A stretch of DNA of 63,918 nt, the filler included, from Limisphaerales bacterium (GTDB taxonomy: Bacteria > Verrucomicrobiota > Verrucomicrobiia > Limisphaerales > SIBE01): assembly GCA_044225505.1 (NCBI GenBank). It is 4 parts of 4 records of this genome, joined end to end, with 100 filler letters (N's around TTAATTAATTAA, not from the genome) between each part and the next. Parts side by side here need not be neighbours in the genome. Positions count along the whole stretch, not along the records: positions 1 to 16,947 come from JBGAIN010000173.1; 3 more parts are not named here. One strand, written 5' to 3'. A model generated the notes under the pieces. The model was given only the letters and a program-made list of their open reading frames with translations, was not told the DNA's origin and ran no database searches. Shown one piece after another: positions 1 through 8,410 of the stretch. The first letter of the stretch is position 1; every line of letters starts with the position of its first letter. Position numbers and translations under genes: made by a program.

Positions 1-29
1 TTCTTCCGTTCAATGCCACGTCCTCGGCC

Positions 30-110
30 GTCCCGTCGGGACTTGGAATCGCGCCCATTCAAGCTCGGCGTTAAAACGCCGAGCTATTCTCGAGTTGCCC
101 CATCCGGGGC
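30..110. repeat. REP-like three-hairpin palindromic element
   Basis: GTCCCG-T-CGGGAC (30-42), AGCTCGGCGTT-AA-AACGCCGAGCT (62-85) and GCCCC-ATCC-GGGGC (97-110). A degenerate copy lies at 6364-6450. Confidence 0.55.
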
Positions 111-905
111 GCCAGGAGGCAATTACCGAATGGCATTAGGATTTATTCCGCAGGAAGCCTCGCCTGGCCGACGGCGCTGGGATAATTCGAACCCTGCCCT
201 CGCCGCGCCTGTTCCTGCGAACTGCAAGTCCGCGTTGCTCTTCAATTTGGCATGCTGACCTTTGCCGGTCGCGTCCCGCGTCCATCGATCGCGTATGGCC
301 ATGCCTGGCGGCACTTCCGCCAGGCCGCAGAGTTGTCCAGCCAGCCGTATGCCCGGCTCCTGATCGCGTTGCGCCAGGAGTTGGGCGAGCACAACGGGCG
401 GCTGTTGAAGCCGCCTCTTGACCTCTCCGGCTCTATAGACCAGCCCGCTTAAATTGGGGCCGTAAACGAGGCGATAGCGTCAAGATAAACGGGCAAACCT
501 ACGGGCCCGCCAGTGACACTCACCCCAAGGGTCCCAGGGCGGGGAGCGGTGCGGCGCGCCAGCGCCGCCCGCCCCCGCTCTGGGTGGCTTGAAGAGGAAC
601 TTTGTACGGATGAGGCCGCCGCGCATGGCGATTCTTGCCGCCATGTCAGCAACCGGGCCGCTCATCAAAACGCGCTATAACTCAAATGCGTGCGAAGTCT
701 GGGAGGCAATTCCAGAAAAACTGGAAGTTCACCGGAAATTGCAGCGATACCGGCGGCGCTCAGCGTACGATGGGAAAAGTCGCGAGACAGACATCTGCGA
801 TTCTTCGGGACTGACCCTTCCGCTTTCGCGTTCTGGATCTTGCTGCTGATCGTGCTCTTGTTCTTACTCATCCGCCTGAGCCGCATATTGGTTGGCGCTT
901 TCCAG

Positions 906-949
906 AACAGCGGCGGAGGGCCGCCGCACTCCAAAACCTGTCGGAGTGC
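906..949. repeat. REP-like palindromic element (second family)
   Basis: GCGGCGG-AGGG-CCGCCGC hairpin followed by ACTCCAAAACCTG. A related inverted copy lies at 33998-34033. Confidence 0.45.
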
Positions 950-1072
950 AGTCGCTTAGCCATTGCGCGGCAGGGTCTTGGAATGCTCCAGCCTTTTGGA
1001 GAATGGGCATCGGACACCAGCGAACACGGTGTCCGATCTTGAACGGCTTAGCCGCAGTATCGCGACCTCGCG

Positions 1073-1091
1073 TGGTGACATTTTGTCACCA
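1073..1091. promoter_or_regulatory. Palindrome TGGTGAC-N5-GTCACCA, copy 1
   Basis: TGGTGAC ATTTT GTCACCA; recurs at 8171 and 33869. Confidence 0.5.
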
Positions 1092-1250
1092 GCAACATAA
1101 GCCCTTGCGCCGAAGACGTTAAGGATCGGCAAAAACCGGAATTAGGCGCCTATTTCGAGCCACGGTCGACGGTGCCATTCGTAGGGATCGGAAAACCACG
1201 AGAGGATTCAGGAATTCGGAGTAGGCTAAAAGACGAGCCGCCCGTTGCTG

Positions 1251-1357
1251 ATTCGTATTATACAGGGAGATACCAGGGTATTAACATGGCTTTAACAGGG
1301 CTAGTATCCGAGTGAAATCCCTGTTATATCCGTGTTATTTCCCTGTTATATACGAAT
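1251..1357. repeat. AT-rich inverted repeat built from degenerate 11-bp units
   Basis: About 5 units per arm (consensus ~CAGGGATATAA) around a central CTAG, bounded by ATTCGTA...TACGAAT. Confidence 0.65.
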
Positions 1358-1540
1358 GGACCGCCTGCGGCGGACCTTGGCCGATGCTCCAGACCCTCGG
1401 CGTTCCGCGATGACAAAACAGCCAGTTTCGGCCCCACAGCCGATCCAGTCCGGCAGGAGGGCGACGCGAATTGACTTTGATTGGCCGCTATCTGGGTTAT
1501 TCTCGACTTACAGCGAAGCACGGGTTCCCTGTGCGTAGCT

Positions 1541-3523
1541 ATGTTCCCTGTGAAGACGCGAGGCAAAGGCGCAAGAAGACCGAGTCGGAAGGCTGTTCGG
1601 CGTCGAGCTTCACCCGCGGGATCGATGGCGCAGAAAAGCTTTGACCCCGTTCGTAGCCGGGAGATCAAACCTCGTAAAGCATCCAAGCCGGTCAAACCCA
1701 GATCACAGCGGCTGAAGGAGGCGGAGGAGTATGACGAAGAGCGGCTCCGGTTGTTTGCGGAACACGCGCCGGTCGCCCTCGCGATGTTCGACACGGAGAT
1801 GCGCTACCTGATCGCGAGCGACCGGTGGCTGTCCGACTACCACCTTTCACGGGAAACGCTGCGCGGTCGCAGTCATTACGAAGTGTTCCCTGATCTTCCC
1901 GAGCGCTGGAAGGAAGTGCACCGCCGCTGCCTGGCTGGAGCTGTGGAACGCGCCAACGAAGACCAGTTCGACCGTGGCGATGGCACCGTCCAGTGGGTCC
2001 GCTGGGAAGTGCACCCGTGGCATCGGGCTCCTGGAGTCATTGGAGGGATTGTTATCTTCAGCGAAGACATCACCGAACGAGTTCTGGCGGAAGCGGCCTT
2101 GAAGCGGAGTGAAGCCGCCTTGAAGGAAGCCCAGCAACTGGCCGGGGTGGGGAGTTGGGATTGGGACATCACCAGCGACCAACACACTTGGTCGGAGCAG
2201 ACCTATCGAATCTATGGTCGAGACCCTGCCCTGCCCGCGGCGACTTATCCCGACGTGCAGAAATATTTCACGCCGGAGAGTTGGCAACCCCTGGCCGCAG
2301 CGGTGGAAAAGAGCTTGTCCCAAGGAAACGCCTACGAATGTGACGCCGAATTGATACGGACCGATGGGACCCGAGGTTGGATCACAGCTCGCGGTCAGGC
2401 AATGCGCGACGCCGCCGGAACGATTATCCGGCTCCACGGGACGGTGCAAGACATCACCACGCGGCGCCATGCGGAACAGGAACTGCGCAAGAGTGCCCAG
2501 GAGTTATCGGATTTCTTTGCCGAATCGCCGTTGGGAGTGCTTTGGGTGGATCCACACGGCCGAATCTTGCGCGCCAACCGGGCAAACCTCGATCTGCTCG
2601 GTCGCAAGGAAGGCGATGTCGTTGGCCGAGCTGTCGCCGACTTCCATATGGAATTCCAGGTTGTGAACGAAATCCTGGCACATTTACGAGGCCGAGAGGT
2701 AGTGCAGAATCAGGCTGCGCGCATCCGGCATCGGGGTGGAACGATCAAGCAAGTGCGGATCGATGCCTATGGGCTTTGGGACGGGGACAACTTGCTCTAT
2801 TCGCGCTGGTTTGTGAGGGATGTGACCTGGCAGGCGGAGTTGGAGCGTGAAATCCTGGTGATTAGCGAACGCGAACAGCGGCGGCTTGGCCACGATCTGC
2901 ATGATGACCTTTGCCAACAACTGGCTGGCATCGAATTCCTTTGTGAATGCCTGGCGCGCGATCTAGAAACGCGTTCTGCGGCCGAAGTCGCGCAAGCACG
3001 CGCCATTGCCCAAGGGGTCCAGCAAGCGATCGTGCAGACCCGAGATTTAGCGCGCGGTCTTTCCCCGGTGGGACTTGAGGCAGGCGGACTCCTGGACGGG
3101 TTGCGCCAGCTCGCGGAACGCACCCGCAAGGTATTTCGACGGTGCTGTGACGTGCATGCGGATGATGGAGTTCGGACCGCTGACCACGCGGTGGCCATCC
3201 ACCTCTACCGGATCGCCCAGGAAGCCGTCAGCAATGCCGTGAAACATGGCCGAGCCAAGCAAATTGACATTTCGCTCTCGGTTCTGGGAAACGATCTCCA
3301 GTTGCGCGTGCGAGACAACGGTTCTGGGATGGGCGCCAGCACGGCGAAATCGACGGGAATGGGGCTGAAGATCATGCGCTATCGTGCTGGAGTGATTGGC
3401 GGAGCTCTGTTCGTGCAGCCCAATCCGGACGGGGGCACCGACGTCGTTTGCACCGTAGCGAACGGACGGACGATTCCCGCTAAAGGAGTTCGAGTGCCTT
3501 CGCCAGCCAGTGAACGGCCCTGA
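1541..3523 (+). CDS. PAS-domain sensor histidine kinase (HisKA_3, NarX/NreB type)
   Basis: Three PAS/PAC-like domains, H-box EREQRRLGHDLHDDLCQQL, N-box QEAVSNAVKH, DNGSG and GMGL boxes. Start is uncertain (1541 or 1625). Confidence 0.9.
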   Translation: MFPVKTRGKGARRPSRKAVRRRASPAGSMAQKSFDPVRSREIKPRKASKPVKPRSQRLKEAEEYDEERLRLFAEHAPVALAMFDTEMRYLIASDRWLSDYHLSRETLRGRSHYEVFPDLPERWKEVHRRCLAGAVERANEDQFDRGDGTVQWVRWEVHPWHRAPGVIGGIVIFSEDITERVLAEAALKRSEAALKEAQQLAGVGSWDWDITSDQHTWSEQTYRIYGRDPALPAATYPDVQKYFTPESWQPLAAAVEKSLSQGNAYECDAELIRTDGTRGWITARGQAMRDAAGTIIRLHGTVQDITTRRHAEQELRKSAQELSDFFAESPLGVLWVDPHGRILRANRANLDLLGRKEGDVVGRAVADFHMEFQVVNEILAHLRGREVVQNQAARIRHRGGTIKQVRIDAYGLWDGDNLLYSRWFVRDVTWQAELEREILVISEREQRRLGHDLHDDLCQQLAGIEFLCECLARDLETRSAAEVAQARAIAQGVQQAIVQTRDLARGLSPVGLEAGGLLDGLRQLAERTRKVFRRCCDVHADDGVRTADHAVAIHLYRIAQEAVSNAVKHGRAKQIDISLSVLGNDLQLRVRDNGSGMGASTAKSTGMGLKIMRYRAGVIGGALFVQPNPDGGTDVVCTVANGRTIPAKGVRVPSPASERP

Positions 3524-3681
3524 ATTTGCCGCTCGCCCGCCTGCGTTGCACAGCCGGAACGAGCGACTGTGCAGAAACTTCTCGAACGGGGGTTTAAGTG
3601 CTGTCTCAGGCATGGCTCAGGAATGCTTTAATTACACACAACAACCTCATTTTTATTGGCTTATAAAAGCACCCAGAAAGA

Positions 3682-3696
3682 CGGCACGCGTTCTGC
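3682..3696 (+). promoter_or_regulatory. Putative sigma-54 -24/-12 promoter
   Basis: CGGCACGCGTTCTGC (GG-N10-GC) downstream of an AT-rich tract and ~60 bp upstream of ATG 3758. Confidence 0.45.
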
Positions 3697-3757
3697 CAAT
3701 AGCCTTCCCGGGCAGGCCACAGGGCTTGCCGTGGTTCAAACTGAAATGAATTGTGCT

Positions 3758-3964
3758 ATGAACGAAAGCGTTACCCCTAATTCCACTTCACCCTGCGGCT
3801 GCGCAGCGTCCAACTCGGCCGCCGTCCCGGCCGCTTCGGTTTCCACCGCAGCTCCACCGAGTCCGGCTGCACCCGCGGTGAGTCCGGCCAGCCTGGCCGG
3901 TGACACGAATGGACGTCCGGTAAGCGCGAAGCCATCGCGACGCCGTAATCCGCGCAGTCATTGA
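3758..3964 (+). CDS. Small Ala/Pro/Ser-rich hypothetical protein with basic tail
   Basis: 68-aa ORF MNESVTPNSTSPCGC...KPSRRRNPRSH preceded by a sigma-54-like motif. Confidence 0.4.
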   Translation: MNESVTPNSTSPCGCAASNSAAVPAASVSTAAPPSPAAPAVSPASLAGDTNGRPVSAKPSRRRNPRSH

Positions 3965-4112
3965 AGTTCGCTGTTGTTCGGGTCCTCGGCTTTTGCGCAG
4001 TATTCAGTTAGGCAGAGGACCTCGTGCGTAAGAAGCAACGGGTCTTCCCTCTGGTTGTAGAACGGGAGACCCCCGCCCGACGTGGACGCCACGCGCGTCC
4101 ACCTGCTGAGTG

Positions 4113-5549
4113 ATGAACGTGAATCGAATTGGCCATCCTGGCGATTCCACCAACGCAAACCGCACTGTCTTGGAGCGGGTGGTCGCTGGTCTGAGCGACG
4201 CTGTGCTCGGGCTTTTGGCGTTGCTGGCGGCAGAACTCGCGCTGGCCCCCGGGCTCTTCGATTTGCCGACGGTGGTGATCCAGGTTCTCAACACGCTGCA
4301 ATGGCTGGTCGTTGGCTTGTTTGCCGTGGAGTACGCCTGCAGTTTGACCCTGAGCAAACACCGGATGCGCTTCATCCTAGATCCATGGCGGCTGCTGGAT
4401 CTAGTCATCATTATTGTCCCGGTCATCTCACTGATGCCCAGTGTGAGCAACGCCTTGCGCTCGGCGCCCGTTCTAAGGCTGCTCCGAGTGGTGCGTCTAG
4501 CCTCGCTGGCTGCGCGCTTCAGCGGTTCCGTCGTGCGCGAAGGAACGACGCGTCAATTATCGAGCGCGAGCGCGGTCCCCGAAATCGTGTTGGTGAAGTT
4601 TCAGGGTGAGTTGCGTCCGCAAAAGTCGACTTGGAGCGAGTTTGTGCAGTCAACCTCCCGTCCCGCCGCCAACTGGTGGCATCTGTCGAATGTCTCCGGG
4701 GAGTACTTAGACGCGATTGCCCAGGTGGAAGGGCTTTCACGTCCCTTGTTAGAATCGTCCTTAAGCCAGGCGAATTATCCGCGCTTGGAGCTATCGCGAC
4801 AGAGTGTGGTCCTGTCGCTCTGGGTGCCGACGCGCCGGAGTGGAGCGCCGCGCGAATTCGAACGATACTCGGTATTGCTCGTCGCCAATCCGACCGGATT
4901 AATGACCGTCGCGCCGCACGCCATGGATGTGCCATCGGTGCTCCTCGACCGATTGCCGCGAGAGCTCTCTCCAACTCGCTCACTTCCAGCCCAACTGATC
5001 TTGGCCTTGCTGCGATTGGTTTTGGACCGTTACGAAGAGGTCGCTGGGACCTTGGAGCAGGAGTTGCGCGGACTGGAAGATGTTCCGATCCATCAGAGTC
5101 AACCGGTATTCTTCGAAAGAGCCTTTTGCCTTCGCAAAGAACTCTCCGCGACCAAGAGTGATTTATGGCGAATTAAAGGGATCCTCTCGGCACTGTCCGA
5201 GGGAAGGGTTCCCCTTCCCGACCGCAAACGAGGCGAGGACGCGGAAGAGTTGCGCGTGCTTTGCGATCGCGCGGATTACATCTACCAGACAGCTGACAAC
5301 CTGCGAGAAGGTCTGACCTCGGTGATCGAACTTCACCTGAACGTCGTCTCGTTCGAAATGAACAAATTCATGCGCCTGTTAGCCGTGGTCAGCGTGCTGG
5401 GACTGGTTCCGGCCGTTGTGGGTGGGCTCTTAGGGATGAATCTCATTGGCAACCCATGGCCGTTGACGCTGTCACAAGTGAGCTATGGGGTGATCTCGGT
5501 GGTACTCTTGGTGGTCTATTGGTTCTTGGTCAGGGGCTGGCTGCGGTGA
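4113..5549 (+). CDS. CorA-family divalent cation transporter with N-terminal voltage-sensor-like (S1-S4) domain
   Basis: S2 LFAVEY, S3 WRLLDLVIIIVP, S4 LRLLRVVRL; then a CorA-like cytoplasmic domain, MNKFMRLLAVVS, the GMN signature and two C-terminal TM helices. Confidence 0.85.
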   Translation: MNVNRIGHPGDSTNANRTVLERVVAGLSDAVLGLLALLAAELALAPGLFDLPTVVIQVLNTLQWLVVGLFAVEYACSLTLSKHRMRFILDPWRLLDLVIIIVPVISLMPSVSNALRSAPVLRLLRVVRLASLAARFSGSVVREGTTRQLSSASAVPEIVLVKFQGELRPQKSTWSEFVQSTSRPAANWWHLSNVSGEYLDAIAQVEGLSRPLLESSLSQANYPRLELSRQSVVLSLWVPTRRSGAPREFERYSVLLVANPTGLMTVAPHAMDVPSVLLDRLPRELSPTRSLPAQLILALLRLVLDRYEEVAGTLEQELRGLEDVPIHQSQPVFFERAFCLRKELSATKSDLWRIKGILSALSEGRVPLPDRKRGEDAEELRVLCDRADYIYQTADNLREGLTSVIELHLNVVSFEMNKFMRLLAVVSVLGLVPAVVGGLLGMNLIGNPWPLTLSQVSYGVISVVLLVVYWFLVRGWLR

Positions 5550-5612
5550 GCACGGGAGAATGTCGTGACGCTGACCCACGCCCCAGGCAAACTGGAGGGA
5601 AGGCATGCACGT

Positions 5613-6305
5613 ATGACCTCGATTGAGGAGAAAGCCAAACAGCGGTACCAGGGTTCGCAAGGGAAGCAGTACCAGCAAGGCAAACGGTTTATCCCGGACC
5701 AAGCGTATCCTTGGATCGCGCGGTTTCGGGCGGAAAAGTTAAGCCAGGCGATCGCCCCATCCGATGTCGTGCTGGAATATGGTGTTGGCCTTGGTTGGAA
5801 CTTAGCGGAACTCAAGTGCGCCCGTCGGATCGGGTATGACGTCGCAGATTTCGTTGAACCGTTGGTCCGACAGCGCGGGATCGAGTTCCTTTCGGATCCC
5901 GGCCGGCAACCCGCGAATTCCGTCGATGTGGTCGTCTGTCACCATACGCTAGAGCACGTCTCCGCGCCGGTCACAGTCTTGGAGTCCATTCGCGAACTGC
6001 TCCGGCCGGGGGGCCGCTTGCTTTTGTTTGTGCCGTTCGAAAAAGAGCGCCGTTTCCGCCAATTCCACGCGGATGAGCCGAATCATCATCTTTACGCCTG
6101 GAACGTCCAGACCTTGGGGAATCTGGTCCAGGAGGCCGGGCTGCAAGTGCGCGAGGCTGGCTTGGGCGCGTTTGGACAGGAGCGATTTGCCGCGTGCTGG
6201 GCGTGGCGCGTGGGGATCGGAGAGTCTGGGTTCCGTCTCTTGCGGTGGGTCTTGAACACCTTGAAGCAGGAGAAGGAAGTTCGGATCACCGCGGTCAAAG
6301 CGTAA
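5613..6305 (+). CDS. Class I SAM-dependent methyltransferase
   Basis: VLEYGVGLG motif I, VDVVVCHHTLEHV, LLRPGGRL. Confidence 0.85.
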   Translation: MTSIEEKAKQRYQGSQGKQYQQGKRFIPDQAYPWIARFRAEKLSQAIAPSDVVLEYGVGLGWNLAELKCARRIGYDVADFVEPLVRQRGIEFLSDPGRQPANSVDVVVCHHTLEHVSAPVTVLESIRELLRPGGRLLLFVPFEKERRFRQFHADEPNHHLYAWNVQTLGNLVQEAGLQVREAGLGAFGQERFAACWAWRVGIGESGFRLLRWVLNTLKQEKEVRITAVKA

Positions 6306-6363
6306 GATTAGCGCCACCGTCCTGCCTGGATGGAAATAGGATGTTCCGAAGGGGTTTCCCTTC

Positions 6364-6450
6364 CCGTCCCTGACGGAACGAAACGTCACCTCGCCGGGAC
6401 CCCTCGCTGCTGAAACGCCAAGCTACTTTTAAGCCTTCCTTCAGGGGCTT
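6364..6450. repeat. Degenerate REP-like element related to 30-110
   Basis: CCGTCCCTGACGG ... GCTGAAACGCCAAGCTACTTTT ... AAGCCTTCCTTCAGGGGCTT has the same three-part layout. Confidence 0.35.
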
Positions 6451-6498
6451 TGATTTGTCGGTTGCTAAAGTGAAACGAGGATTTTAGCGTCGGAGCCC

Positions 6499-8073
6499 AT
6501 GGCAAGAATAAGACGTGCATTGCTCTCGGTCTCCGATAAGACCGGCCTGATGGCCCTGGCCCAGGTGTTGGTCAAAGCGGGTGTGGAACTGGTCTCGACA
6601 GGTGGGACCGCGAAAGCGCTTCGCGATGGAGGCATTCCCGTTTTGGACCTGAGCGCTTACACAGGGTTTCCCGAGATGTTGGATGGACGAGTCAAGACGT
6701 TGCATCCCAAGGTGCATGGCGGACTCCTCTTTATTCGGGGAAATGCAACCCATGAAGCCGCGGTGAGTCAGCATGGGATTCAGCCGATCGACCTGGTGGT
6801 GGTCAACCTTTACCCCTTTGAACAGACGGTCGCCAAACCGGGCGTCGACCTGCATGAAGCGATTGAGAACATCGACATCGGCGGTCCATCGATGCTCCGG
6901 AGCGCCGCGAAAAACCACGAGAGCGTCACGGTAGTCGTCGATCCCGCGGATTATAGCGAGGTGGCGGCTCAGATTCAGGCAACGGGAGAGACCACGCTGC
7001 AATTCCGGCGCACTCTCGCCGCTAAAGTCTTTGCTCGGACGGCCGCTTACGACGGAGCTATTGCCGCCCATCTCACTAAGGCTTTCCAATCGACCCCTGC
7101 CCCTGCTCAAAACGGCGCGGCCATGGCCTTGCCTGGAGAGCTGCAGCTTCGCGCCGGTCTGGTTCAGAGCCTGCGATATGGCGAAAACCCGCATCAAAAA
7201 GCCGCGCTTTATGGAGATTTTTCGCAATATTTCAGCCAGCTTCATGGCAAAGAGCTCTCCTTTAACAACATTCTGGACCTGACCGCGGCCGGATCGCTCA
7301 TCGCGGAGTTCACCGAAGCCATGCCGACACTCGCTATCCTGAAACACACCAATCCATGTGGTGTTGGACAAGGCCCCACTCTGCGAGAGGCTTGGGACGC
7401 GGCTTTCGCCACCGACCGGCAAGCTCCTTTTGGCGGCATCATCGCCGTGAATCGACCGCTCGACCGTGCCTGCGCCGAAGCGATCGCTGAAATCTTCAGC
7501 GAAGTCATTATCGCGCCCGATTTCGCGGCGGACGCCTTGGAATTGCTGCAAAAGAAGAAAAACCTTCGGCTCATGAAGTTACGAAAGGCGGTGCCTCTGG
7601 CTGGGACATTCGATCTCCGCAGCGTTGGCGCAGGTTCGTATCTCATGCAAGAACGGGACGGGCACCGAGTGGAAGCCGGGGACCTTAAGATCGTCACGCA
7701 AAGACAACCGAGCGAAGCAGAGCTCCGGGCGATGCTCTTTGGGTGGCGGGTCGTCAAGCATGTGAAATCCAATGCGATCGTCTATTCCGGTCCGGATCGG
7801 ACGCTAGGGATTGGAGCTGGCCAAATGAGCCGAGTCGATTCGAGCCGGATCGCGGTCTGGAAAGCTGGAGAAGCGCAATTATCGCTCCAGGGAAGTGTCG
7901 TTTGCAGCGATGCCTTTTTCCCATTCCCGGATGGATTGATCGCAGCGGCTGACGCGGGGGCGACCGCAGCCATTCAACCGGGCGGTTCGGTCCGTGACGC
8001 GGAAGTCATTGCCGCCGCAGACGCGCGCGGAATGGCGATGGCGTTTACGGGAATTCGGCACTTCCGCCATTAA
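6499..8073 (+). CDS. purH: Bifunctional AICAR transformylase/IMP cyclohydrolase
   Basis: [79 protein letters not shown]. Confidence 0.98.
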   Translation: MARIRRALLSVSDKTGLMALAQVLVKAGVELVSTGGTAKALRDGGIPVLDLSAYTGFPEMLDGRVKTLHPKVHGGLLFIRGNATHEAAVSQHGIQPIDLVVVNLYPFEQTVAKPGVDLHEAIENIDIGGPSMLRSAAKNHESVTVVVDPADYSEVAAQIQATGETTLQFRRTLAAKVFARTAAYDGAIAAHLTKAFQSTPAPAQNGAAMALPGELQLRAGLVQSLRYGENPHQKAALYGDFSQYFSQLHGKELSFNNILDLTAAGSLIAEFTEAMPTLAILKHTNPCGVGQGPTLREAWDAAFATDRQAPFGGIIAVNRPLDRACAEAIAEIFSEVIIAPDFAADALELLQKKKNLRLMKLRKAVPLAGTFDLRSVGAGSYLMQERDGHRVEAGDLKIVTQRQPSEAELRAMLFGWRVVKHVKSNAIVYSGPDRTLGIGAGQMSRVDSSRIAVWKAGEAQLSLQGSVVCSDAFFPFPDGLIAAADAGATAAIQPGGSVRDAEVIAAADARGMAMAFTGIRHFRH

Positions 8074-8170
8074 CGTTTCAAGGCCAAGCAGTTTGGCTTT
8101 GGGAAGAGCGAGATGCCGCGGAGGCGTATGACGGAGCGCTCCATTGACTTCCGGACAGGGCCGAGATGCG

Positions 8171-8189
8171 TGGTGACGATTTGTCACCA
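8171..8189. promoter_or_regulatory. Palindrome TGGTGAC-N5-GTCACCA, copy 2
   Basis: TGGTGAC GATTT GTCACCA, located between convergent genes. Confidence 0.5.
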
Positions 8190-8410
8190 ACGTTTCCACA
8201 AAAAGTCAACACGTTGCCCGTGAAAGCCTTATCAAGACATCAACCGCCGAGACCCGCTTTGACTGGAAACGTGGGACTTCCAAACGTCCTTGCCTCGGTC
8301 GGTATCTCCAACGGGGATTACCACCGACCCAGGCGCGTTTCACAAAGGGTGAACGGCTGGGTGGACGGCCGGACGTATCCGAGCCGTTCGGCCTTGGGTA
8401 ATGTGGGGTC

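Noticed and set aside
13..1480. Several short ORFs (e.g. 690-959 with a hydrophobic stretch)
   Set aside because: No recognisable motifs. They overlap REP-like hairpins and palindromes, so the region looks non-coding.
6306..6498. ZTP (pfl) riboswitch upstream of purH
   Set aside because: The conserved GACUGGCG...CGCCUGGG elements are absent. Similar words at 8260-8336 lie downstream of the gene and are not arranged correctly on one strand.
6484..7551. 355-aa antisense ORF over purH (and similar antisense ORFs elsewhere)
   Set aside because: Shadow ORFs caused by codon bias on the coding strand.
8285..8400. Hairpin-rich stretch between purH and the surface-protein gene as an ncRNA
   Set aside because: Stem-loops are present, but no family is recognisable; they are compatible with terminator or repeat remnants.
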